20,000 nt of DNA from Chiloscyllium plagiosum (taxonomy: Eukaryota): assembly GCF_004010195.1 (NCBI RefSeq), contig NC_057719.1, positions 91,911,800 to 91,931,799 on the forward strand, given 5' to 3'. This document shows, piece after piece, positions 1-9,680 of this stretch; the first letter of the stretch is position 1, and every line of letters begins with the position of its first letter. Position numbers and translations under genes: made by a program. The notes under the pieces are model-generated. The model searched no databases and was not told the DNA's origin. It saw nothing but the letters and a program-made list of their open reading frames with translations.

Positions 1-99
1 AAGCAATCAGATGTTGAGATGAATGGATGGCTCTCTCTTTTTAAAAAAAGCACAGGAACAATGGGACAAAATCTTCGGTGCTGAATCACTTCGTTATTG

Positions 100-1705
100 G
101 AATATTCTCACATTGTGCTTGGTCCTTGAGCCTGCTCAAGTACTCAGTAATATCATGGCTGATCCATATTCCTACCTCGACCCCCCCCCCACCCCTTGCC
201 TTTGCGCCCCCCAAACCCCAGTAAATACCAGTCTCAACTGTGCAACCTTTTGTCACAAGCAGTGATGGGGCGGCCCATTCCGCTGTGCTTGAGTCAAGAG
301 GGCCTGAATCAGACTGGCACCACAGCCTGCAATTTCTTCTCCTAGGCCCAGCTCGTAAGATAACCACCCACTCTTTTTCCAGGCTTTAGTCTGGTAAACC
401 TCTGGAATACTTGTATTTACTCTTTATTTAAATCAGGAGACCAACAGTGTCCACCTTACTCCAGATGTGGTCTTGCCAATGTCTAGTGTAAGTGAAGCAC
501 AAACTCTTGCATTCAGTCCCCCTTCACAATTAAACATGATGTTCTATTAGCTTGTCTGATTACTTGCTGTACCTGCATCCTACTGTGCTTCATGCACTCT
601 GCAAAGCTCTGCAATCCTTCACCATTTTAAGAACATGCTTCTTTTTTATCCTACCTGCCAAAATGGACATTTTCACATATTGATCTCTATTTTCCAATTT
701 AGTTGAACCTTTCCTGGATCGAGAGAGTTTTGGACAATTAAAATCGATGCATTAACTATCTCTCTAATCACTTCTTTTAAAGCTGAAGTCCATCACATGT
801 CCAACAAGACATTGTTAGCCCACAGCTCGCAACAATTTGCTGAACCCCACTTACTCAATTGTACTTCTTTCTGACTCCCTCCTTCCCTTCCATTTCTGAA
901 CATGTATCCTCTGCAGTGGAGACCAATGCAAAATCCCTATTCATCTGCAATCTCCTTATTTTCCATTATTAATTCCTCATACTCATATTTTGTGTTTAGG
1001 ACCAATTTCTTCCTTTTTGGATATTGATAGAAATTCTTACCACCTGTTCTTTTAAATTTAAGGCAACATTACTTTGTGTGTTCTAGTTTTTCCTTCATTA
1101 CTCTTTCTGATTAATTTTTTTCATGTTCCGTCCAGTCTTCTGATCTGCTACCCACCCTTGGGCCCTATGCTTTCTCTCTTTAAATTTGACACTACATTCC
1201 CTACAGTGTGGAAACAGCTCCTTCGGCCCGACAAGTCCACACCGACCCTCCGAAGAGTAGTCTACCCAGACTCATTTCCCTCCGACTAATGCACCAATGG
1301 GGCAATTTAGCCTGGGCAATTCACCTGACCTGCACATCTTTGGGCTGTGGGAGGAAACCGGAGCACCCGGAGGAAACCCACGCAGACACTGGGAGAATGT
1401 GCAAACTCCGCACAGACAGTCGACCGAAGCTGGAATCGAGCCACCGTGCCGCCCCACGTCTTTAGTTAGTCCCAAGTGGTGACTCCAGCCAATCAGATGT
1501 TTGTTTCTCATTGCAATCTACCAATTCGATGTATTCTGAAATGTCCCTCAATGTCTGCCACTGCATCTCTATTGACCTTTCCGTTAATCTAATTTGCCAG
1601 TATACTTTAGCTGGATCTGCTTTACTTTCAAAACACTAGTTTTGCACCCACTCCTCTGTCTGTCAAATGGTATGTAAAATTCAATCACAATATGACCACC
1701 CCTCC
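100..1705 (-). mobile_element. Decayed CR1-clade LINE (3' tail plus deleted ORF2 pieces), interrupted by an HE1 SINE
   Basis: Minus-strand translations include LARPHLE*GGHCWSP (~432-479; cf. CR1 LVRPHLEYCVQFWSP) and GHIVIEFYIPFDRQRSGCKTSVL (~1630-1700; cf. SDHNMIEF at the end of the endonuclease). CR1 3'-UTR-like sequence lies at ~100-250. It may be more than one copy. Confidence 0.7.
1194..1454 (-). mobile_element. HE1-type V-SINE with internal deletion in the tRNA head
   Basis: V-domain GGAGGAAACCGGAGCACCCGGAGGAAACCCACGCAGACAC, a CR1-derived tail and 5' end GGGCGGCACGGTGGC on the minus strand. Homologous to 6412-6707. Confidence 0.9.
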
Positions 1706-2115
1706 AGGAGAATGAGGACTGCAGATGCTGGAGATCAGAGTCGAAGAGTGAGGTGCTGGAAAAGCACAGCAGGTCACGCAGCATCCGAGGAGCAGGAGAA
1801 TCGACGTTTCGGGCATAAGCCCTTTATCAGGAATGAGGCTTGTGGGGTGGGGAGGCTGAGAGAGAACTAGGAGGGGAGTGGGGTTGGAGGGGGGAGGTAG
1901 CTGAGAATGCGATAGGTGCATGAAGGTGATAGGTCAGAGAGGAGGATGGAGCGGATAGGTGGAAAGGTGATGGACAGGTCGGGAGGGCGGTACTGAGTTG
2001 GAGGCTTGGGACTGGGATAAGGTTGTTGGTGGTGGGGGGGGTAAAATAAGGAAACTGGTGAAATCCACATTGATCCCATGTTGTTGCAGAGTCCTAAGGC
2101 AGAATTTAAGTGTTC
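1706..2115 (-). mobile_element. Penelope-like element 3' fragment (GIY-YIG C-terminus, 3' UTR, hammerhead-containing terminus)
   Basis: Minus strand 2045-2115 reads EH..FCLRTLQQHGINVDFTSFLI with a frameshift, resembling the PLE GIY-YIG end motif E..I..L.T..P.GLN. The terminus is shared with 7573-7726, 9480-9680 and 19699-20000. Confidence 0.75.
1799..1834 (-). ncRNA. Minimal type-I hammerhead ribozyme motif, degenerate (G8A)
   Basis: Minus strand: AUUC-CUGAUAA-A-GGGC UUAU GCCC-GAAACGUC-GAUU. Confidence 0.65.
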
Positions 2116-2189
2116 ATGTCACAAACCCTATTGAATTTATTAGTGGTTACTTTATGTTCAAGGCACCCAATTTTTGATTCCCGCAAGCG

Positions 2190-2460
2190 GGTAAATATTT
2201 TCAACATCTACCTGATAAAATGGTGAAAGGATTTTAAGACTCTCTGTCAGGTCACCCTCTGGCCTTCTGCTTTCTCCAGGAAGGAATCTGAAATGGCTCA
2301 GCCTTCACAAATAAGTATATCCTTTTACTTCTGCTGTCATCCTTATCAATCTTTTCTATGCTCGTCCAAGTGCCTCTATATCCTTCCAGCAATAGAGAGA
2401 TCAGAACTGCGCTTCGACTGTGGTCTAACCAAGGTTCAGGACAAGTTTATCATAACTTCA
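2190..2460 (-). mobile_element. Old CR1 LINE ORF2 C-terminal fragment
   Basis: Minus-strand LVRPQ motif at ~2417-2433 with CR1-like surrounding sequence. Confidence 0.6.
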
Positions 2461-2698
2461 CTGTAATAATTCAGGAGTGTAAACATCAGCTGAACGAATG
2501 CATCTGGGCTTTCTGAAACATGAGGTGGGAGAGTGAGTGACTCATTCCTCCGTATGGTCAGCAAGCAGGCAACTAGCAGCATTCCTGTCATCGTTGGTCA
2601 GCCTCAATGCAATGGAACTGCAATAGATACATGTGGATAGAATATCACAAGCACCTTTAAAAGGATTATCTCATTTTGCAGTGTTTCACTGTGTTGTT

Positions 2699-3226
2699 TC
2701 TGTGTGTGTGTGTGTCTCTCTCTCTCTCTGTCTCTCTCTCTCTGTCTCTCTNNNNNNNNNNNNNNNNNNNNNNNNNNNNNNTCTGTGTCTCTCTCTCTCT
2801 GTGTCTCTCTCTCTCTGTGTCTCTCTCTCTCTGTGTCTCTCTCTCTCTGTGTCTCTCTCTCTCTGTGTCTCTCTCTCTCTGTGTCTCTCTCTCTCTGTGT
2901 CTCTCTCTCTCTGTGTCTCTCTCTCTCTGTGTCTCTCTCTCTCTGTGTCTCTCTCTCTCTGTGTCTCTCTCTCTCTGTGTCTCTCTCTCTCTGTGTCTCT
3001 CTCTCTCTGTGTCTCTCTCTCTCTGTGTCTCTCTCTCTCTGTGTCTCTCTCTCTCTGTGTCTCTCTCTCTCTGTGTCTCTCTCTCTCTGTGTCTCTCTCT
3101 CTCTGTGTCTCTCTCTCTCTGTGTCTCTCTCTCTCTGTGTCTCTCTCTCTCTGTGTCTCTCTCTCTCTGTGTCTCTCTCTCTCTGTGTCTCTCTCTCTCT
3201 GTGTCTCTCTCTCTCTGTGTCTCTGT
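2699..3226. repeat. (TG)n/(CT)n microsatellite grading into a 16-bp tandem array [GTGT(CT)6]n, about 27 units after the gap
   Basis: GTGT recurs at 2785, 2801, 2817 and onward with period 16. Confidence 0.97.
2752..2781. other. Assembly gap (30 N)
   Basis: Run of N inside the repeat. Confidence 0.99.
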
Positions 3227-3364
3227 GCTGCCTATGCTTTCACAAGATGTACAGATCCTTTGGAAGGGTTTTCTGAATCGTATTCAGCCCATCAATCTTT
3301 AGTTTTGTTGTGTCAATTGGGTCCTTGGTGTTCTTGCTGGAGGTGAAAATTATTCAGTTTCTCA

Positions 3365-3670
3365 AGTGACATACACCGGTGTGGGGTAGGAGGATGCAGC
3401 TTGTCATTTTAAATGAGACTTCAAACCAAGGCACCGCCAACCCCTGAGATGACTATAAGCACTCTGTGTAGAGGTAGGGTGTCCGTCCTGGGGTTCTGGT
3501 CAATATTTCCCCCTCGATTGACATCGCTGAGATCTGATTGCCTGGCTGTTGTGCTGTTTGTAGATGGTTGTATGTGGATTCGATACCATGTTTCCTGCCT
3601 TTTAGAGAAGGGACAGGTTTGTTTCTTTCAGAAATATCTTACTAACTGTAAATGCTTGGGATGTGCCAGG
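3365..3670 (+). mobile_element. Old Deu-domain SINE (SacSINE1/AmnSINE-like)
   Basis: ATGAGACTTCAAACCAAGGC...GTTCTGGTCAATATTTCCCCCTC...GCTGTTTGT...TGTTTCCT...CTGTAAATGCTTGGGATGT follows the recalled Deu-SINE order. Homologous to 4572-4985. Confidence 0.65.
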
Positions 3671-3894
3671 TTCTATTTGGAGGGAGATGGTTTCTACGGC
3701 TGTGACAAAGTGTAAGTCGAGGTTTAGCGGTTGTTGAGCATCAGAGGCTAAAAGGTTGATTGGACAAAGTGCAGGCTCATACCTTTCCAGGCAAAGGTTT
3801 GTTCCAGTTTGTACAATGCCAGTTCCCTATATATTGCACCCAGTCATTAACCATTGTGTGTTCCATTGGGTCTTGGCCATCCCTGCTAGACCCT

Positions 3895-3945
3895 AGTAGC
3901 AAAACTCGCTGTTGAGTCAGACGGTTGTAGGTTCGAAGCCCGGCC
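3895..3945 (+). mobile_element. tRNA-derived SINE head fragment (Deu-SINE type)
   Basis: GTAGCAAAACTCGCTGTTGAGTCAGACGGTTGTAGGTTCGAAGCCC with a B-box-like GGTTCGAAGCC. Confidence 0.5.
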
Positions 3946-4571
3946 CGTAACCAGTTTCGTGATCTTCCGTTAGGCGTAATGGTACCCAGCTGGGTAGCAG
4001 GTTGGCTGAAACCTGGAAGACCCGATCACACTTTTTTCCAGAGATGGTCCAAGGGCTTTTGTCTATTCTTCACAGTGCAGCTGACTTGTGAGGTGACTTC
4101 TGCTGGTGCCCACAAACTCTGCTCTGAATAGGGCTTTTTGAGGTGCCCAGCAATGTTTTGGTGAGGAATAAATGCGGAGCTTGACCACGCCTCCAGTTTG
4201 GAGCAGCAGGCAAAGTTTGTGCAATAATGCACCTCCGCAGACACAGCCTTGAGTTCAACGCCTGTGCCTCTGATGCAGGCAGAGAGTGGCAATTCATTGA
4301 CATTAATTGTCCAGTAACTTTCAGGCACTGTGTGCAGGGAAAGGTGGTTGCAGGGGTGGAAATTTAAAAAAAAAAGTAACTTTGTAAGAAGACGCGTTTT
4401 TGCCATTTTCTTTGACATTTTTTATTCACTAATTAAAGGAAACTTGTTTGGAGGTTTCTTTTGATTGGACCCAGGAAGTCATATGATGCAACCTTTATGA
4501 ATGCAGCTACTATTGAGATTTGGGGCTGCTTTTGTTGCATTGTATTTTAATCATGATATTTGCTGTACGTA

Positions 4572-4985
4572 CGGTGTCAGTCATGGCCCAGTCCTACCCT
4601 CTGAGTCACAGAGTTGTGGCTTCACGTGCCACTCTGTCGCGGCCAATGATCTGAGCTGGCAGCCAGAGTACAGTACTGGTGGGAGCGTTGCAGTATCGAT
4701 GTGAGATGGACATGGTTTCAAGTGAGATGTGAAACCAAGGCCCCCAGCTGCAACCTCAGGAGAGATGTAAAGTGATGCTCAGTCACCCTTTGGGAAAGGC
4801 AGCAGGGTGGTTCCCACAGCCCCCCTATGTACTGTACATCGGTATCCTCGGGCCAGTATTCATTCCTGAACCAACATGACCGATAACGGACGATGTGGCT
4901 TGGCCCACGTGTTGCGACGACCCCTTTCTTGAGAAAGTATTGTGTTAGCTGTTGTGAAAGGTGCTACATAAACACAAGTCCCTTG
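4572..4985 (+). mobile_element. Old Deu-domain SINE, near full length with internal deletion
   Basis: Head CTCTGAGTCACAGAGTTGTGGCTTCA, body TGAGATGTGAAACCAAGGCCCC, L2-like tail GTGAAAGGTGCTACATAAACACAAGTC. Confidence 0.7.
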
Positions 4986-5282
4986 TTTTTTTTGTTGCTG
5001 GTAGGAAATTGAGTTGCAGCACAGTTGTGAAATCTAGCTGCGGTGTGTGGATTTGTGTTGAACTGGGTAGATCCCTCGAAGGCTATTGGTTGGGACCTCG
5101 TTTGCAGGAGGCCACATCCTGATGTCGATGAGAGATTAATTTCTCTGGCTGAGGGGGATTTGTTGAGGTTCACGTTCTCTGTCTGAAGTGCAGGCCTGGT
5201 GAACGAGATCAGAAGGCCTTCTTCTTTTAAAAAGTATTTGTTTGTAAGTGGCGTGCTGCAGTTTCATGAATCAGGGTATTAG

Positions 5283-5470
5283 GGGAATGGGAGTAGACTA
5301 TTCGGCCCATCAAGCCTACCTCACCATTCAGTTAGATCATGCTTGATCTTCTACTCCATTTTACAAACTTCCATCCATTTAGCCACAAAAAGGCAGTCAT
5401 TCGCAGTAGTGAAGGCTTGCATTGCCTGCAGCTTTCTGAAGGGAGTTGAAGGTCTCCACTGCCTTTTAAG
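5283..5470 (-). mobile_element. CR1 LINE 3' end remnant
   Basis: GGAGTAGACTATTCGGCCCATCAAGCCT...TAGATCATGCTTGATC resembles 14945-15007 and the reverse complement of 17242-17306. Confidence 0.65.
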
Positions 5471-5471
5471 C

Positions 5472-5738
5472 AGGTGGCTCAGTGGTTAGCACTGCTGCCT
5501 CACAGCACCAGGGACTTGGGTTTGATTCCAGCCTTGGGTGAGTTTGCATGTCTTCCCAGTGTCTGTGTGGGTTTCCTCCCCACGGTCCAAAGATGTGCTG
5601 GTTAGTTGGATTGGCCATGCTCAAATAGCCTCACGGTGTAGCCATGGGAAATGCGGAGACATGGTTGGGGGCCCAGTCTGTGTGGGATGTTCTTTGGAGA
5701 GTTGGTACCACTTTCTGCTCCGTAAGGATTCTATGATC
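5472..5738 (+). mobile_element. HE1-type V-SINE, diverged
   Basis: A box GTGGCTCAGTGG, B-box-like GGTTTGATTCC, V-domain remnants, tail GATTCTATGAT. Confidence 0.85.
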
Positions 5739-6320
5739 CTGTGAAGGAGGTGCCCGGAATATCCTAATTGGAAATTTCCGTGAATGGAAAAGGAAGAATA
5801 GAGTGACACTTGCATAGCACAACACCGTTTCTCAGAGATTGTTGAATACATTTTACCTAATACCTATTGCTGTGGGTGAGGTGGGGGTAGGAAAATCTAG
5901 CAATCCTGTTATGTGTAGTAAGGTCTTGGAAACAACTGTGATATGCCAGAGTAGTTGATCAGTTTTAATTTGAGTGATAGTTGAGAGACAGATGCTGTTT
6001 GGATTTCTCCAATCCATTCCTTTTCCAGGATGAATTGAGTATTTACATCCACTTGACCAACCCAAGAATAGACCGGCTACCTGCAACTTGTGATTTCTTT
6101 ATTAGTCCATGTACCGAATGCTGTGAACACCCTTGTTGAGACAGGTATCTTGAAGTTTGTTAGCAACATTAATAATGCAAGTTGATACGTTATCTCAGAC
6201 TTCCATATGTAGTCTGATTTACTGTGCAAATTTAGATCTACATTACGTTCTGCACTTTGTTAACCTGAACTGTTTGTACTGACGGACCACCAAGAGTAAT
6301 ACATAGATCTTTTATACGTT

Positions 6321-7100
6321 AGGAAAGATACTGTTAAACTTTTAAAATGGTTCAGAAAAGATTTACCCCCAAGGATGTCGCTGGGATTGGAGGGTTTGAG
6401 CTATAGGAAGAGGGCGGCACGGTGGCACAGTGGTTAGCACTGCTGCCTCACAGCGCCAGAGACCCGGGTTCAATTCCCGCCTCAGGCGACTGACTGTGTG
6501 GAGTTTGCACGTTCTCCCCGTGTCTGCGTGGGTTTCCTCCGGGTGCTCCGGTTTCCTCCCACAGTCCAAAGATGTGCAGGGTCAGGTGAATTGGCCATGT
6601 TAAATTGCCCGTAGAGTTAGGTGTAGGGGTGGGTTACTCTTCAGAGGGTCGGTGTGGACTTGTTGGGCCGAAGGGCCTGTTTCCACACTGTAAGTAATCC
6701 AATCTAAAAGAGGCTGAATCGGCTGGAGCATTGGAAGATGAGGGGTGACCTTCGTAGAGGTTTATAAAATGAGAGGTATGGATAGGGTGAATAGCGAAGA
6801 TCTTTTCCCCAGGGTAGGGCAGTCCAAAACTAGAGGGTGTAGAATTAAGGTGAGAGGAGAAAGATTTAAAAGGGACCCCAGGGGCAGCCTTTTCACACAG
6901 AGGGTGGTGTGTGTGTGGAATGAGCTGTCAGCGGAGGTGGTGGAGGTGGGTACAATTACAAAGCCATCTGGATGGGTATATGAATAGGAAGGGTTTAGGG
7001 GGATAGGAGCCAAGTTCTAACAAATGGGGCTAGATCAGTTTAGACTATCTGGTCGGCACAGATGAGTTGGCCTACTTGCATCCTGTATAAATCTGAGTCT
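6321..7100 (+). mobile_element. CR1-clade (HER1-like) LINE 3' fragment, split by an HE1 SINE
   Basis: Translation EVYKMRGMDRVNSEDLFPRVGQSKTRG...FTQRVVCVWNELSAEVVE is typical of the CR1 ORF2 C-terminus and is followed by a 3' UTR. Confidence 0.88.
6412..6707 (+). mobile_element. HE1-type V-SINE, young and near full length, with TSD
   Basis: A box TGGCACAGTGG, B box GGTTCAATTCC, V-domain, TAATC-type tail. AAGAGG is duplicated at 6408-6413 and 6708-6713. Confidence 0.93.
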
Positions 7101-7227
7101 CTGATATGTCCTGATGCTGTCTAGCTGCCTTGAAGGTATGGTGCTTACCTGAGATCCATGCAATAGTACAACAGCCCCTGGTTGCACTAAATTAACTGGA
7201 ATGGTGATCCTTCGAGCCAAAGCTGTA

Positions 7228-7328
7228 GTCACTCAGCGATGCACTGAACTGTTAGGCAAGCTTCCAAGAACACTGAAATCCCAAGTTTTCTGACTTCTGG
7301 ACGAGCGTGTTACCAATTGTACCATGGA
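7228..7328 (-). mobile_element. tRNA-derived SINE head remnant (Deu-SINE type)
   Basis: Minus strand CCATGGTACAATTGGTAACACGCTCGTCCAGAAGTCAGAAAACTTGGGATTTCAG resembles the heads at 3895 and 4572. Confidence 0.45.
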
Positions 7329-7572
7329 GGCAAATATTATTGTAGCTGTAGGGGTGGCATGTGCCAGTTTGATACTTGCATGTGAGACACCTGGAGGTGG
7401 CTAGATACAAGGTCTCCAGTGGTGTTGCTCATGCTCTGTGTGTTTTTGGTCCTGATTTAAGGATGGGACTGTGCATTGCTCAAAGATATTCAGCAACAAC
7501 GTCTGTTTTGAGGATACAGGCTCTTAATTGCACCAGGAACAGCCGTGGGCATATGCCTGTGCCTGAGCTCTA

Positions 7573-7726
7573 GCAGGTCAGGCAGCATCCAAGGAGCAGG
7601 AGAATCGACGTTTCGAGCCCAAAATGTCGATTCCCCTGCTCCCTGGATGCTGCCTGACCTGCCGCGCTTTTCCAGCAACACACTTTTCCGCTCTGATCTC
7701 CAGCATCTGCAGCCCTCACTTTTTCT
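7573..7726 (+). mobile_element. Short fold-back Penelope-terminus insertion with 11-bp TSD
   Basis: 41-bp inverted arms at 7573-7613 and 7622-7662 (3 mismatches). CCTGAGCTCTA occurs at 7562-7572 and 7727-7737. Confidence 0.85.
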
Positions 7727-7737
7727 CCTGAGCTCTA

Positions 7738-8095
7738 ACAATACATCCCAGGTTGCTGCACAAGAGTGACAGAAAGCATTGTGAAGGAGATAGCAGGACA
7801 GACGGCCAAAGCATGATTAAAAAGCGGGAGGTTTCAAGAGTGGGGTTGGGAGAGCTGGAGTTTGGGGGAGGGAATTTCAAAGCTAAAAGCCGAGGCAGCT
7901 AAAGGTACATCTGCTGGTGGCTGGACAGCTAAATCCCAGGCTGCTCAGGAGACCAGGTTTGGAAGAGCATGGAGATTCGGCCAGGTGGTGGGGCTGGGAG
8001 GGGTCAGAGCTGGGGAGGGCAAGACCATGGAGGTGTTTGAACGAGAGGAGACTAATTCAGAAATGGAGCCATTGCTTCAGCGGGATAAGCTGGCA
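7738..8095 (-). mobile_element. L2-clade LINE 3' fragment
   Basis: GGGAGGGAATTTCAAAGCT...GGCAGCTAAAGG...CCATGGAGG matches the reverse complement of 13112-13430 and parallels 17915-18052. Confidence 0.7.
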
Positions 8096-8462
8096 CGTGT
8101 GGGGTCGCCCCCTGTTGTTTGCTACTTAACAAAGAACCTGCACGTGGAGCTGTTTAACGCGGGGAGGGTGTCGTTCTGCGGCTACACAAGCGTCTGGCTG
8201 TACCAGGAAACACTCCTGCTGTGGGTCAGAAAGACTGATCGTCGACCTACTCTTCGGCATTGTGACTGGTGGGACTTGGAAGCGAGAGTTTCAGCTCCTG
8301 AACCGGGGATGGTAACACCAGCACCCCTTCAGTGAACGTGGCTGGGTGAAAGGGAGGCAGTAAGTAAAACTGGTCTTTCCAAGTTTGGTTTGGCCAGGAA
8401 GGTTTGCAACTCTGAAGATGTTTGACACTTTCATGCTGGATCTTGGAAGAATGGAATCTCTT

Positions 8463-8755
8463 GGATTCCCTACAGTGTGGAAACAGGTCCACACTGACCA
8501 TCCAAAGAGTAACCCACCCAGTCCCATTTACCCCTGACTAATGCACCTTACATTATGGGCAATTTAGCACGGCCACTTCACCCTGACCTGCACATCTTTG
8601 GGCTGTGGGAGGAAACCGGAGCACCCGGAGGAAACCCACGCAGACACGGGGAGAATGTGCAAACTCCACACAGACATTCGCCTGAGGCTGGAATCGAACC
8701 TGGATCCCTGGTGCTGTGAGGCAGCAGTGCTAACCACTGAGCCACAATGCCACCC
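8463..8755 (-). mobile_element. HE1-type V-SINE
   Basis: Complete tRNA head, V-domain and tail on the minus strand. Confidence 0.92.
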
Positions 8756-9479
8756 TTTGTTGCCCTTTGAATTCAAAAACAAAGAGACACATTCAGAGTA
8801 TGTGGGCTTTACATTTATTGCCTATTTCTAACCAAATATGACGTGTTTGTATTTTGCTGCAATATATGATCAGTAACGTTTATATATTGGATTACTGTCT
8901 CTTTCTTGAGGACAAGTACCATATACCACAAGATGTCTTATTTGTTGCTGAGGTTACATAATGTCCCTTTTAAGGCTGTCTGGAGTTGTAAGTGAAATGA
9001 AGCAGAGGCCACCCTATGTTCAGTTGCTTTGTCAGGAAGCTTTGCTGCATGACTTGTGCTTTGGGTAGAGATTCAATTATCGGTTAACAGCACCCATTGT
9101 TTGAACGTGTCTATGTAATGTTATGTAACACCTGGGTTGCTGGCTAATGGAGGGCAAGGGGAGCTCCTGTATCTTGTTCACAGTGAGCTGGGAAACAATT
9201 TGCTTTATTCCGTGCAACATACAATGTGTTGTCGGGGCCACTGACTTGTGAAGACCAGCAGGGAGAAATGAGCTTTTTATAGCGTGGAATTGTAGGAATG
9301 TTTGTGGTATTTCTGGTGCTGAGTTGTACTGATTTGTTTGCATTTGCAGAGAAACTGTACACCAGTGGCTGGGATAATTCTTACATATTTGTTGAACTGT
9401 GCAGTTAAGTTCTTTTTAAAAGCTGGAAAAAAAAGCATATCGTGTAAGGTGCAGAATGATAGGGCAGTCAGGATTGGAG

Positions 9480-9680
9480 TCAAGATTAGAGTGGTGCTGG
9501 AAAAGCACAGCAGGTCAGGTAGCATCCGAGGAGCAGGAAAATTGACGTTTTGGGCAAAAGCCCTTCATCAGGAATGTCAATTTTCCTGCTCCTCAGATGC
9601 TGCCTGACCTGCTGTGCTTTTCCAGCACCACTCTAATCTTGACCCTAATCTCCGGCATCTGCAGTCCCCACTTCCACCCG
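9480..9680 (+). mobile_element. Short fold-back Penelope-terminus insertion with 13-bp TSD
   Basis: 68-bp inverted arms at 9479-9546 and 9576-9643 (2 mismatches). GTCAGGATTGGAG occurs at 9467-9479 and 9681-9693. Confidence 0.88.
9540..9575 (-). ncRNA. Minimal type-I hammerhead ribozyme motif, degenerate (G12A)
   Basis: Minus strand: AUUC-CUGAUGA-A-GGGC UUUU GCCC-AAAACGUC-AAUU. Confidence 0.65.

Noticed and set aside
2633..3346. Three overlapping Leu/Ser/Cys/Val-rich ORFs
   Set aside because: Microsatellite artefact spanning an N gap.
4026..4418. 130-aa minus-strand ORF
   Set aside because: It crosses a poly-T tract and shows no recognisable homology or coding signature.
6412..6485. tRNA gene
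   Set aside because: The A and B boxes belong to a SINE head that continues into the V-domain; the same applies to the other copies.
7862..8335. 157-aa ORF as a host gene
   Set aside because: It starts at a non-ATG codon, its first half is antisense L2 sequence, and it has no recognisable domain.
9479..9643. miRNA precursor or DNA-transposon MITE
   Set aside because: The arms are retroelement terminus sequence also found unpaired elsewhere in the window, and the insertion is asymmetric with a 3' extension. Small-RNA production cannot be judged from sequence.
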